This document shows, one piece after another, positions 24,961 through 38,200 of a DNA stretch of 64,000 nt. The stretch lies in assembly GCF_009914755.1 (NCBI RefSeq), contig NC_060948.1. The stretch is one strand, 5' to 3'. The notes under the pieces were generated by a model. The model had not been told where the DNA came from. It made no database searches and worked only from the letters and a program-made list of their open reading frames with translations. A program made the translations under genes and the position numbers. This stretch comes from the human T2T-CHM13v2.0 reference genome, Homo sapiens. How positions within the stretch are numbered: position 1 is the stretch's first letter; each line of letters opens with the position of its first letter.

Positions 24961-25525
24961 GTACCACATTTTCTTTTCCAACATACCATTGATTGGCATG
25001 TATGTTGATTCTATGTCTTTACTACTGAGAATAGTGCTACAATGAACATATGTGTGTGTGTGTGTATTTGTGGTAGAATGATTTATACTCCTTTAGGTAT
25101 ACAGCCAATAATGGAATTTCTGGGTCAAATGGTAATTTTGTTTTAAGTTCTTTGAGGAATTTCCACACTGCTTTTCACAATAGCTGAAATAATTTACTGT
25201 CCCACCAGCAGTATATAAGTGTTCCCTTTTCTCCACAACCTCACTGGCAACTGTTATTTTTTGACTTTTCTATAATAGCCATTCTGACTGTTGGGAAATG
25301 GTATCTCATTGTGGTTTTGATTTGTATTACTCTAATGGATAGTGATGTTGAGGATTGTTTCATATGCTGTTGGCTGCATGCATGTCTTCTTTAGAACAGT
25401 GTCTGTTCATGTCTCTTGTTCACTTTTTAATGAGGTTTTTTTTTTGTTTTTGCTTGTAAATTTGTTTAAGTTTCTTATAGATTCTGTATATTAGACTTTT
25501 GTCAGAGGCATAGTTTGCAGATTTT

Positions 25526-27226
25526 CAGCATTCTTAAAAAATTCAACCAAAAATTTTATATTCAGCCAATATGTTTCATAAGTGAAGGAGAAATAGAGTC
25601 CTTTTCAGACAAGTAAATGCTCAGGAAATTTATTACCTCCAGACCTGTCTTACAAGAGTTCCTGAAAAGAGTGCTAAACATGGAAAGGAAAGACCATTAC
25701 TAGCCAAAAACACACTTAACTATACAGACCAGTAACACTATAAAGCAACCAAACAAGTCTGCCCAATAACCAGTTAACAACACAATGACAGAATCAAACT
25801 TGCATATATTAATACTAACCTTGAATGTAAATTGGCTAAATGTTCTGATTAAAAGGTGCAGAATGGTAAGTTTAATAAAGAAGCAAGATCCAATGGTATG
25901 CTGTCTTCAAGAGATCCATTTCACATGCAGTGACATTTATAGGATCAAAATAAAGAGATGAAGAAAAATCTACCAAGTTAATGGAAAACAGCAAAAAAGA
26001 AGGAGTTGAAATCCTTATCAGTCAACACAGACTTTAAACCAACAATGATCAAAAAAGATAAAGAAGGGCATTACATAATGGTAAAGGGTTCAATTCAACA
26101 AAAAGATCTAACTATCCTAAATATGTATGCACCTAACACAGGAGCACATGGATTCATAAAGCAAGTTCTTTTAGACCTTTAAAGAGACTTAGATTCCAAT
26201 GCAATAATATTGGGAAATGTCAACAACCCACTGACAGTATTAGACAGATCATGGAGGCAGAAAATCAAGAATATTCAGAACCTAAATTCAACCCTTGATC
26301 AAATGGACCTAATATACATCTGCAGAACATTCTGTTGTGGCTTTTTTACTCCCATAATTCAGAAGGCAGGAGTGTTACAGCTCTTTTACTCCCACCATCC
26401 ATAGCTCAGTGAGCAGGAATGTTACAGCTATTTCACTGCCACAATTTGGCAAGTTGCGGATTCTTGTCCCTCAACCAAGAGGAATAAAGTACACAGACAC
26501 TGGAGAGGGGGTAAGGCAGAGTAGAATTTATTAAGTGAAAGAAAAGCTCTTGACAGTGAGAGGGGACCTAAAAGTGGGTAGCCATCTGTGAGGCTGAGTC
26601 CAGGGTTTTTATGGGCTTTCAATGGGAGAATGCATGCTGACTGGTTTAGGGGTGGACTTGGAAAAGGCACTGTTTGATTAGTTAAAATGCATCATTCGGA
26701 AAGAACCAATTGAGGAAGAGTTGATAAGACAGAGATGGAAGTTCTCCCTCTGGAGTGTGGATTCTATCTGGAGCTGGTAGCTTGGTTTTCAGGCTTTAGT
26801 CTGTCCTTGGCTTGAAGGTCAAGTTTCACCAAGGACCCCTCCCTGTCTGCCCAGAAATTTGTCTCTTGCCACTGTCAATTCCACCCCAAAACAACAAAAT
26901 ATACATACTTCTCATCAACACCTGGCACATACTCCAAAACTGACTACAAAAGTGGACGTAAAATAACGCTCAGCAAATTCAAAAAGAATCATACCAACCA
27001 CATTCTTGGACCACAGCACAATAAAAATAGAAATCAATACTAAGAACATCACTCAAAACCATACAATTACATGGAAATTAAACAATCTGCTCTTGAATTG
27101 CTTTTGAGTAAATACTGAAATTAGGCAGTAATCAAGAAATGCTTTCAAATTAATAAGAACAATGATACAATATGCCAGAATCTCTGGGACACAACTAAGG
27201 CAGTGTTAAGAGGGAAGTTCATTGCA
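25526..27226 (+). mobile_element. L1 ORF1 end and ORF2 endonuclease region, sense (inverted relative to the adjacent 3' part)
   Basis: CATAAGTGAAGGAGAAATA...TAATACTAACCTTGAATGTAAA...GAAGGGCATTACATAATGGTAAAGGGTTCAATTCAACAA...GAATCTCTGGGACACA. Confidence 0.9.
26333..26877 (-). mobile_element. ERV1-class solo LTR (MER61/MER83-like) inserted in L1, 4-bp TSD
   Basis: TG...CA ends; ATTC at 26329-26332 and 26878-26881; the L1 sequence AGAACATTCCACCC is restored on removal. Confidence 0.85.
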
Positions 27227-27573
27227 AACTTTTACCAAACCTTCTTTGCCAAAATTGAGCTTCCTGTTTTGATTCTTCATCTATGTCAGAACTTACTAAT
27301 TGTTAGCAGCTGGTTTATTCTTCTCTCAAATTATGTCTCATAATTGCTCTATGAGTCAATAAGTGATGCCAATGAGGATGTCAGTTATTTCAATAGATCC
27401 TTATACTCTTCAGATGGTATTTACATAGATGAAGCCAACTAATGGGGGCTATGTTAAGAAGGTGGTGAGAAATCAATGGTGGCATAAATTAATAAAACTT
27501 CTTTGGTTTCAAGAGTAAGTAAGCTTCATTTGCCACAAAATTGACCATTTGCATAATTACATATGCTAGAATA

Positions 27574-27698
27574 ATACTTTAATGATTTTTCACGTGAAGG
27601 AGTTTTTAGCTTTTCATCTGTTTTAACCAAGAGGATACTTTAATGATTTTTCCCATGAAGGAGTTTTTAGCTTTTCATCTGTTTTAACCATCAGGATA
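27574..27698. repeat. 61-bp tandem duplication
   Basis: ATACTTTAATGATTTTTC...TTTTAACCAAGAGG repeated with period 61 and 4 mismatches. Confidence 0.95.
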
Positions 27699-28639
27699 AA
27701 AGTACCAAATACTTTTTCAAAAACTCCCTCAATTTTCTGCAGTCTCTTAGAATGTTTCAGCCATTTTTATCTATCTTTTATTTTGATGAAAAGGGTTCTA
27801 CTGTTACAAAAATAACCTTGCATTTATGCTTAATTTTGTATTTTCTGAGACTTTGAATATTTACTTATCCTTGCTTCTTTTTTCTTCTCCAAACTCTCTT
27901 CATTCCTTCCTCCTCTGTATCTGCTAATTAAATACATCACTGCATCACCTCCAAAAACAAACAAATGCCCCTCTCATTATGTTTTTTAATCCTGAAATGT
28001 AGTTTCTATATCTTCTTTCTTCTATCAACAGATATATCAAAAACCTAAGTTATACATGTTTATTTCAATATTAGAAGTAATATTCATCCATGGGATTCTG
28101 AATTCTTCTTTTATCACAGTTATTCAAATTGCTGCCTCAGAAGTAATGGAGAATATCCTAAATACAAATTCAAAAGCCTATTCTCAGTACTCAACAAAAT
28201 TTAAAACTGGAACATCTTATCCTGATGATCCGCCACTTTTTGAAAATTTTTTCCTCCTTTTCTTTAGTGTCAGTGCACTGTTCTGCTTTTTGTTCTACCT
28301 CAATCTTATTCATGCATTTACTCATCTGTATTCATTCTTACCTTAAATAAAGATGGTTCTTGAAATTCAGCCCCTATGTCTTATTTTGGCTTTTACTACC
28401 AACCAGAGCAATTTAAACCACTATTGAAATTTCAGCTGTCACAATTCTTTGATGTGAAACCACATTTCTAATTCTGACCCCTCTGCTGAGATCCCATCAT
28501 GCATTTTCAATTGCATGTGGATACTTTCATATTCTTGTCTAAATTCCAACATGCCCAAATCCAAATATATACTATTTCTCCCCCAAATTCACAATTTTTA
28601 CATGTGTGTGTCTATAGAACTGAAATTCTTTGGAGAAGA

Positions 28640-30833
28640 TGTGTTTGATGGTTTTCACACTGCTGATAAATACATACCCAAGACTGGATAATTTATAAAG
28701 AAAAAGAGGTTTAATGGACTCAGAGTTCCATGTGGCTTGGGAGGCCTCACAATCATGGTAGAAGGTGAAAGGCACATCTTAAATGGTGGCAGACATGAGA
28801 GAATGAGAACCAAGTGAAAGGGGGAACCATTTATAAAAACATCAGCTCTCATGAGACTTATTCAATACCATGAGAACAGTATGGAGGAACCGCCCCTATG
28901 ATTCAATTATTCCTACCAGGTTCCTTCCACAACACGTGCAAGTTATGGGAACTACAATTCAAGATGATATTTGGGTGGGGACACAGCCAAACCATATCAT
29001 TCCACCTCTGGCCCCTCCAAAATTTTATGTCCTCACATTTCAAAATCAATTATGCCTTCCTAACAATCCCCCAAACTCTTAACTCATTTCAGTATTAACT
29101 CAAAAGTCCATAGTCCAAAGTCTTATCTGATATAAGGCAAGTCCCTTCCACCTATGAGCCTATAAAATCGAAAGCAAGTTAGTTACTTCCTAAATACAGT
29201 GGGGGTGCAGTCATTGGACAAATACACCCATTCCAAATGGGAGAAATTGGCCAAAATGAAGGGACTAAAAGCCCCATGCAAGTTTGAAATCCAGTGGGTC
29301 ATTCAAATTTTAAAGCTCCAAAATGATCCCTTTGACTCCATGTCTCACATCCAAGTCACACTGATGCAAGAGGTGGGTTCCTATGGTCTTAGGCAGCTCC
29401 ACTCCTGTGGCTTTGTAGAGCACAGACCCCCTCCTGGCTTCTTTCAAAGGTTGGGGTTGAGTGTCTGTGGCTTTTTCAGGTGCACAGTGCAAGCTGTCAG
29501 TGGATCTACTATTCTGGGATTTGGGGATGGTGGCCCTCTTCTTATAGTTCCATGAGGCAGTGTCCCAGTGGGGACTCTGTGTCAGGGCTTCAACTCCACA
29601 TTTTCCTTACATACTGCCCTAGCAGAGGCTTTCCATGAGGGCCCTGCACCTGCAACAAACTTCTGTCTGGACACCTAGGCATTTTCATAAATTTTCTGAA
29701 ATCTAGGTGGAGATTCCCAAACCTCAATTCTTGACTCCTGTGTACCCACAGGGTCAACACCATGTGGCAGCTACCAAGGGATACAGCTTACACTCTCTGA
29801 AGTCATGGCCCAAGCTGTATCATAGCCCCTTTTAGCCATGGCTAGAGTGGCTGGTACTCAAGGCACCAAGTTCCTAGGCTGCACGAAGCAGGGGGACCTT
29901 GGATCTGGCCCACAAAGCCATTTTTCCCCTAAGCCTCTGGGCCTGTGGAGTTTCCACAATGTTCTCTGACATGCCCTGGAGATATTTTCCCAATTGTCTT
30001 GGTGATGAACATTTGGCTCATCATTACTTATACAAATTTCTGCAGCCAGCTTGAATTTCTACACAAAAAATTGTTTTTTCTTTTCTAGCACATCGTCTGG
30101 CTGCAAATTTTCCAAACTTTTATGCTTTGTTTCAGTTTTGGAACTGAATACTTTTAACAGCACCCAAGTCACCTCTTGATTGCTTTGCTGGTTAGAAATT
30201 TCCTCTGCCTACCTTTACTACAATTTCCAAAAAGGTCCTGATCTCCATCTGAGACCACCTCAGTCTGGATTTTATTGTCCATATTATTATCAGTATTTTG
30301 GCCAAAGCCATTCAACAAGTCTCTAAGAAGTACCAAACTTATCCACTTTTTCCTATCTTCCTATGAGCCCTCCAAACTGTTCCAACCTCTGCATGTTACC
30401 CTGTTTCAAAGTTGCTTCCACATTTTTGGGTATCTTCACAGCAGCACCTCACTCCTGGTACCAATTTACTGTATTAGTCTGCTATCATGCTGCTGATAAA
30501 GACATACCCAAGACTAGGTAAATTATAAAGAAAAACAGGCTCAATGGACTCACAGTTCCACATGGCTGGGATGGCCTCACAATCAGGGTGGAGGGCAAAA
30601 GGCTCATGTTACATGGTGGCAGGCAAGAGAGAATGAGGACCAAATAAAGAGGGTGAAATCCCTTATAAAAACATCAGCTCTCATGAGACTTATTCACTAC
30701 CACAAGAATGGTATGGAGGAAACTGTCCCAATGATTCAATTATCTCCCACTGGTTCCTCCCCATAACACATGGGACTTATGGGAGCTACAATTCACGATG
30801 AGATTTGGGTGGGGACACAGCCAAACTATATCG
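28640..30833 (-). mobile_element. THE1 MaLR provirus: LTR (~28640-28999), internal region, LTR (~30470-30833)
   Basis: Two LTRs ending CCAAAC(C/T)ATATC; THE1-internal sequence between; flanks GAAGA / GAAGG (degenerate 5-bp TSD). Confidence 0.95.
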
Positions 30834-31832
30834 GAAGGTTACAATAAGGTATTAAGGGTCTAACTGATATCACACTTATGGTATTTCAATTTTCCCTAGG
30901 GAAAAAAAAATTATGCAATAGGTAATATTATTCTCATTTTACAAATAAGGGATTTGAGGCTTAGAGAAATTTGGTAACTTGCTTTATTTCATATGACATT
31001 AGGCAGCAGATTCAGAGTTTGAAGTCAATTGTGCCCAACCCCAATCATGCTTAAAATCCTGGATTTTTTTTGAGGTTTTCCTTTTTTAGATTCATCTCAT
31101 AAATTCACATTCAACAAATCTTAGGAAATCTAGCTCAAAATAGCTTCTATATTTATACCTCTGTCCCTATTTACATTGTGAGTTACTGCCAATTGCATAT
31201 TCTAGGCCCTTATTATTTCTTACCTTCATTACAACAATGCCCTGCCAACTCCTTTATCTTTTGTAGTCTCTTTACATTTCCAATCACACTTTTTATGATA
31301 ACTAACATATTATAGAACACTCCACTATATAGGTAAATGCACTGCTACAAGTTGCCAGAAAAGGAAAAGCAGAAGATAGCATCACATTTAGGGTTATTCA
31401 TGAGCTTTTTATCAAGCTAACTGTCCAAATTATATATTTTTATTTGTGCTTTTTTTCAACCCATATCCAGCTACTTGCATGACTCCAAATGTGATTTTCC
31501 CCTTTTCAATAATATATATTTGCTCATATATTTTTCTATTTTTAATGCCATTCTCTGTGTTAAAAACTGATACAATTCTAAAAATAGAGTCACGTATATA
31601 TTGCCAGTTAATTTTATACAAAGTTAAGAGCAATTTCATGAAGAATGGACAGTCTTTTAACTAAGTTATGCTTGAAAAATTGGACAATCATATTCAATAA
31701 AAATAAAACAATACAAAATGCAACCTATATAAAAGATGACTCATAATGTTTTATAAACCTATATACAACACTGCAAACTATACAACTTCAAGAATAAAAT
31801 ATAATAGAAAAACTTAGCCTCATTGGGTTACG

Positions 31833-31912
31833 TATATATATACACATATATATATACATATATATACACATATATATATACATATATATACATATATATA
31901 CATATATATATA
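31833..31912. repeat. (TATATACACATA)n-type compound microsatellite
   Basis: Direct reading; explains the YIYT-repeat ORF. Confidence 0.95.
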
Positions 31913-32155
31913 ATATTTTACCAAAAGTACAGTCACAGAAGAATAACACTAGATAAATTGGACATTATGGAAATTAAGAACTTCTGCTCTTCAAAATACA
32001 CTGTTAAGGTAATGAAAAGAAAAATCACACTTTTTCTGGGAGAAAATATTTTAAGACCATATATCTGATAAGAGACATATAACCAGAATGTATAAAGGAC
32101 ATTCAAATCTCAGTAATGTGTAAACAGCAATCCTTCAAAAAAGGACAAAATATAT

Positions 32156-34339
32156 TTTATTAGTCTGTTCTCACACCACTAGTAAAGGCATACCAGTGAC
32201 AGGGTAATTTATAAAGGACAGAAGTTTAATGGACTCAGTTCCACATGGCTGAAGAGACCCTATAATCATGGCAGAAGGCAAATAAGAAGCAAAGGCACAT
32301 CATTCATGGTGGCAGACAAGAGAATGTGTGCAGGAGAACTGCCCTTTATCAAACCATCAGAGCTCATGAAAATTATTCACTATCATGAAAACAGCATGGG
32401 AAAATGATGATTGCCTCCCAACTGGTTCCTCCCACAACATGTGGGGATTTTGGGAGCTACAATTCAAAATGAGATTTGGATAGGGACAAAGCAAAACCAT
32501 ATCATTCCACACTTGGCTTCCCCCAAATCACATGTTCTCACATTCCAAAACCAATCATGCCTTCCCAACAGTCTCCCAAAGTCTTAACTCATTTCAACAT
32601 TAACTCAAAAGTCCAAAGTCTCATCTGAGAAAAGGCAAGTCCCTTCCACTTATGAGCCTGTAAAATCAAAAGCAAGATAGTTACTTCCTGGATATAATGT
32701 GGATACAGGCATTTGGTAAATACACCCATTCCAAATGGAAGAAAGTGACCAAAACAAAGGGTCTACAGGCCCCATGCGAGTCCAAAATCCGATAGGGCAG
32801 ACATTAAACTGTAAAGGTCCAAAATGATCCCTTTGACTCCATGTCTCACATCCAGAGCACACTGATGCAAGGGGTAGGCTCCCACAGCCTTGGGCAGTTA
32901 CACCCCTGTAACTTTGCAGGTCCTCCCAGCTGCTTTCATGTGCTGGCATTGAGTTTCTGCAGCTTGTCCAGGCACATAGTGCAAACTATTGGTGGATCTA
33001 TCATTCTGGGGTCTGGAGGACAGTAGCCCTCTTCTCATAGCTCCACTAGGCAGTGCCCCAGTGGGGACTCTGTGTGGGGCCTTCAACCCCACAGTTTTCA
33101 TCTGCACTGCCCTAGCAGATGTTCTCCATGAGGGACCCGTTTCTGCACCAAACTTCTGCCTGGACATCCAGGTGTTTCCACACATCCTCTGAAATCTAGG
33201 TGGAGGTTCCCAAAGTTCAAATTTTTATTTTTATGCACCGGAATGCTCAACACCATGTGAAAACTGCCAAACCTTGGGGCTTGCATCCTCTGAAGCCACA
33301 GCCCAAGTGATACTCTGGACCCTTTTAGCCACCATTGGAGCAACTGAGATGCAAGGCAACAGGCCCCTAAGGATGCACACAGCAGGGTGGCCCTGGGCCT
33401 GGCCCTCAAAACAATTTTTCCCTCCTAGGCCTCCAGGCCTGTGATGGGAGGGATTGCCACGAAGGTCTCTGACATGACCTGGAGACATTTTCTCCATTGT
33501 CTTGGTGATCAACATTTTATGCTCCACTTTCTCTTCAATGCTTTGCTGCTTAGAAATTTCTTGCACCAGATCCCCTAAGTTATCTCTCTCAAGTTCAAAG
33601 GTCCACAGATCTGTATGGTGGGGGCCAAATACCACCAGTCTCTTTGCATAGCAAAAGTGATCTTTACTCCAGTTTCCAACAAGTTCCTCATCTCCATCTG
33701 AGACCACCTCAGCCTGGACCTTATTGTCCATATCACTATCAGCATTTTGGTCAAACCCATTCAACAAGTCTCTAGGAAGTTTCAAACTTTCCCACATCTT
33801 CCTGTCTTCTGAACTCTCCAAGTTTCTAGAAGTTCCAAACTTTCCTAAATTTTCCTATCTTCTTCTGAGACCTCCAAACTGTTTCAACCTCTGACTGTTG
33901 ACCAGTTCCAAAGTTGCTTCCACATTTTAGGATATCTTTATAGCAGTGTCCCACTCTCTGCTGTACCAATCTACTGTATCGGTCTGTTCTCATGCTGTTA
34001 ATAAAGACATACCCAAGACTGGATAATTTATAAAGGAAAGAGGTTTAATGTACTCACAGTTTCACATGGCTAGGGAGGCCTCACAATCATGGCAGAACAC
34101 AAAAGGAGAAGCAAAGGCACATCTTACCTGGTGGCAGGCAAGAGAGCATGTGCAGGGGAACTGCCCTTTATAAAACCACCAGATCTCATGAGACTTAGCC
34201 ACTATCACAAGAACAGCACGGGAAAAATCCACCCCTGTGATTCAATTACCTTTCACTGGGTCCCTTCCATGACATGTGAGGATTATGGGGGCTACAAATC
34301 AGGATGAGATTTGGGTAGGGACACAGTGAAACTATATCA
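32156..34339 (-). mobile_element. THE1 MaLR provirus: LTR (~32156-32503), internal region, LTR (~33975-34339)
   Basis: Two LTRs plus internal sequence; ORF remnant 33231-33821 (MWESLKLPRDLLNGFDQNADSDMDN) typical of MaLR-internal; flanks TATAT / CATAT. Confidence 0.95.
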
Positions 34340-34677
34340 CATATGAAAGGATGCTTGACTAAATTAAATATACACATGGCTAATGAGAATGTGAAAAGAT
34401 TAACCCCATTATTCATTATGGAAGGGAATGGAGAAAAATATGAAATTTCTCCATGCACATATTATAATGGCAAAAACATTTTTTTAAATGACATACTAAG
34501 TGTTGATGAAGAGATAGAGCAACTGGAGCTCTCACATATTGTTGGTAGGAAAGCATTAAGTGTATAATTAACATTCTAACTAGGTACTTAACAGTTTTCT
34601 CAATGTTAATTATACACTTAAAATGTTACCTGGTAATCTTACTGCTAGGTTTTTTCCTGTGTGAAATAAGATCTTAA

Positions 34678-34679
<2 letters not shown>

Positions 34680-34714
<35 letters not shown>
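34680..34714. repeat. (CA)n microsatellite
   Basis: Direct reading. Confidence 0.95.
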
Positions 34715-34719
<5 letters not shown>

Positions 34720-35296
34720 AGAATTTTTACAACTGATATATTTATAATTTCCAGAAAACAGAAAGAACAAATTTCCTTGTAATGGGTTAATAAAGAAGCA
34801 GGCTACAGTACAACTATCTATATAACATAATACTACTTGGCAATTACAAATGAATGAACTATGAATATACTCAAAAACATGGATGAATCTCAAATGTATT
34901 CTGTTAAGAAAAAATACATATAAGGGGTATATTACAAATAATTCCATTAATATGACATGCTTAAATAGACAAAATAATAGGGAGAAAAACCTGATGGGTG
35001 GTTGTCAGGGATTGGGAATAAGAATTGATGACAAACAGCATAATGAAATGTTTTACAGTAATGGAACAAATCTATATCTTGATTTTCCTGATGGTTATAT
35101 AATTGACTATATTTGTCAATCACAGAACTCTATACTGAAATTGTACTGCTTGTAAAATGCAATGCCTCTTCAACCCCACACCCTCCAAAAAATACAAAAT
35201 GAAAGAAAACTCAAAACTCTACCTAATAATCAGGCCAAGCTAAAGAAAAAACATATCCTTCATACATCATTTTCCAATACCAGTAATTAAGTTTAA

Positions 35297-38200
35297 AAAA
35301 AATTTTTTTAAATGTATATGGGTAAATAGTATGAGTATATGTATATAGGGTTCATGAGATGTTTTGATACAGATATGCAATGTAAAATAAGCACATTATG
35401 GAGAATGGGGTAAATATGCCCTCAAGCATTTATGAGTTACATACAATCAAATTACATTCTTTAAGTTATTCTAAAATATACAATTAGTATTGACTATAGT
35501 CATGCAAATGTGCTGACTTATTTATTCTACGTTTGGGTCTTATTTATTCTACGTTTTTGTACTCATTAGCCATCCTTACCTCCCTCTCAAACCCCTGCTA
35601 CTCTTGCCAGACTATGGTAACTATCCTTTTACTTTCTATAACAATGAGCTCAATTGTTTTGACATTTAGAACCCATAAATAAGTGAAAACATGCAACGTT
35701 TGCCTTTCTGTACCTGGCTTGTTTCGATTAATGTAATGATCTCCATTTCCATTCATGTTGTTGCAAATGACTGGATTTTATCCTTTTTTATGGCTGAATA
35801 GTGCTCCATTTTGTATATGTACCACATTTTCTTTACTCATGCATCTGATGATGGACACTTAGGTTGCTTCCAAGTCTTAGCTATTGCAAACATTGCTGCA
35901 ACAAATATAGGAGTGTGGATATCTCTGATATATTGATTTCCAATTTGGGGGCATATACTAAACAGTGCAACTACTGGATCATAAGGTAGCTCAATTTTTA
36001 GTTTTCTGAGAAACCTCCAAACTGTTCTCCATAATGGGTGTAATAATTTAAATTTCCACCAACATTGTAGATGCCGTTTTCTCCACATCATTGCCAGCAT
36101 TTGTTATTAACTGTCTTTTGCATATCAGCCATTTTAAATGGGGTGAGATGATAACTCATTGTAGTTTTGATTAGCATTTATTGGATGTGCAGTAATGTTG
36201 AACACCTTTTCATATGCCTGTTTGCCATTTGTATGTCTTTCTCTGAGAAAAGACTATTAAAATCTTTTGCCTATTTTTAAATCAGTTTATCAGATTTTTT
36301 CCTATAGAGTTGTTTGTGTTCCTTATATATTCTGGTTATTAATCCCTTGTCAGATGGGTAGTTTGCAAATATTTTCTCCTATTCTGTGGATTGTCTCTTC
36401 ACTTTGTTAATTGTTTTTTTTTGCTGTGCAGAAGCTTTTCCATTTGATGTGATTCCATTTGTCCATGTTTGGTTTGCTTACCTGTGCTTGTAGAAACCTT
36501 TGCCCAGACCGATGTCCTGGAGACTTTCCGCAATATTTCCTTGCAGGAGTTTCATAGTTTGAGATCTTATATTAGAGTCTTTAATCTATTTTGATTTAAT
36601 TTTTATATAGTGAAAAATAAGGGCCTAGTTTTGTTCTTTTATCTATGAATATCCAGTTTTCCCAGCACCATTTATTGATGAGATTATCTTTTCCCCTATG
36701 TATATTCTTGGCATCTTTGTCAAAAATGAATTCACTTTGGGTGTATAAATTTGTTTCTGTGTTCTCTATTCTGTTCCATTGGTCTATGTGTCTGTTTTTA
36801 TATCAGTACCAAGTTGTTTTGGTTACTATAGCTCTGTAGTACCATTTGAAGTCAGGTAATGTAATTCCTCCAGTTTTGTCCATTTTGCTTAGGACAGCTT
36901 TGGCTATACTGGGTCTTTTGTGGTTCCATATAAATTTTAACATTTTTTCTAATTCTGTGAAGAATGTCATTGGTATTTTGATAGGCATTGCATTGAATCT
37001 GCAGATTGCTTTGGTAATATGTACATTTTAATAATATTGGTTTTTTAGTTCATTAGTATAGATGATTTTTTACTTTTTTGTTTCCTCTTCAATTTCTTTC
37101 ATCATGGATTTATGGTTTTTGTTAAAAAGACCTTTCACTTATTTTGTTAATTTCTAGGTATTTAATTTTATGTGTGGCTATTGCAAATGAAATTACTTTT
37201 TTATTCTTTTTTCACATTGTTCACTGTTGGCATATAGAAATGGTACTGATTTTTGTGTGTTGATTATGTGCCCTGCAACTTGACTGAATTTGTTTATCAG
37301 TTCTAATAGTTTTCTTGTGGAGCTGTTCAGTTTTTTCAAATATAAGATCATATCATTAGCAGGCAGGGATAATGTGACTTATTCTTTTCCAGTTTGGATG
37401 CCCTTTATTTCTTTCTCTTTTCTGATTGCTCTAGGTAGGAACTCCAGCACTATGTTGAATAACAGTGTTGACAATGGGCATCTTTGTCATGTTCCACATC
37501 TTACAGGAAAGGATTTCACTTTTTCCTCATTCAGTATGATACTAGCTGTGGGTCTGTCATATATGGCATTTATTATGTTGAGATATGTCCCTTCTACACA
37601 CAGTTTTTTAGGGTTTTTAATCATGAAGAGATATGAAATTTTATCAAATGTTTTTTAACATCAATTGAAATAATCATATGGATTTTGTCCTTCATTCTGT
37701 TTCTATGATGTATTACACTGATTGATTTGCCCCTGTTGGACCATCCTTGCATCCCAGGATTAAATCCCACTTGATCATAATGAATGATATTTCTAATGTA
37801 TTGCTGAATTTTGTTTGCTAGTGTTTTGTTGAGGACATTTACATCAACATTCTTCAGAGATATTGGCCTGTAGTTTATTTTTCTGATGTGTCTTTGTCTG
37901 GTTTTGGTATCAGAGAAATACTGGCCTCATAGAATATGTTTGGAAGTATTCCCTTCTTCTCTATTTTTCAGAACAGTTTGAACAGGATTGGTTTTAGTTC
38001 TTCTTTAAATGTTTGGTAAAATTCATCAGTGAAGCCATTAGGTTCGAAGCTTTTTATTATGAGAAAACTTTTTATTATGGCTTTCATATCATTGCTTGTG
38101 ATGTATTGGTCTATTCAGGTTTTGTATGTCTTCCTGGTTTAAGCTTGGTAGGTGGTATGCATCTAGGAATTTGTCCATTTCTTCTAGATTTTTCAATTGG

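Larger units (their letters stand above)
23970..25525 (-). mobile_element. Older L1PA/L1PB 3' portion, antisense, interrupted at 24096-24960
   Basis: AACTTTTATTTTAGGCTCAGAGGTACATATGCAGG...TAAGCATGGTACC, resuming at GTACCACATTTTC...CTTTTGTCAGAGGCATAGTTTGCA. Confidence 0.9.
31560..35160 (+). mobile_element. Ancient L1M ORF2 end/3'UTR, sense, hosting a THE1 provirus and microsatellites
   Basis: GAAATTAAGAACTTCTGCTCTTCAAAA, GAGCAACTGGAGCTCTCACATATTG, AACATGGATGAATCTCAAA. Confidence 0.8.

Noticed and set aside
33231-33821. 196-aa ORF, the longest in the window
   Set aside because: Lies wholly in THE1-internal sequence; homologous broken frames recur in the other MaLR copies, so it is a decayed MaLR ORF, not a host gene.
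35517-35556. 18-bp duplication CTTATTTATTCTACGTTT in the L1MA 3'UTR
   Set aside because: Real but ordinary slippage inside a dead repeat.
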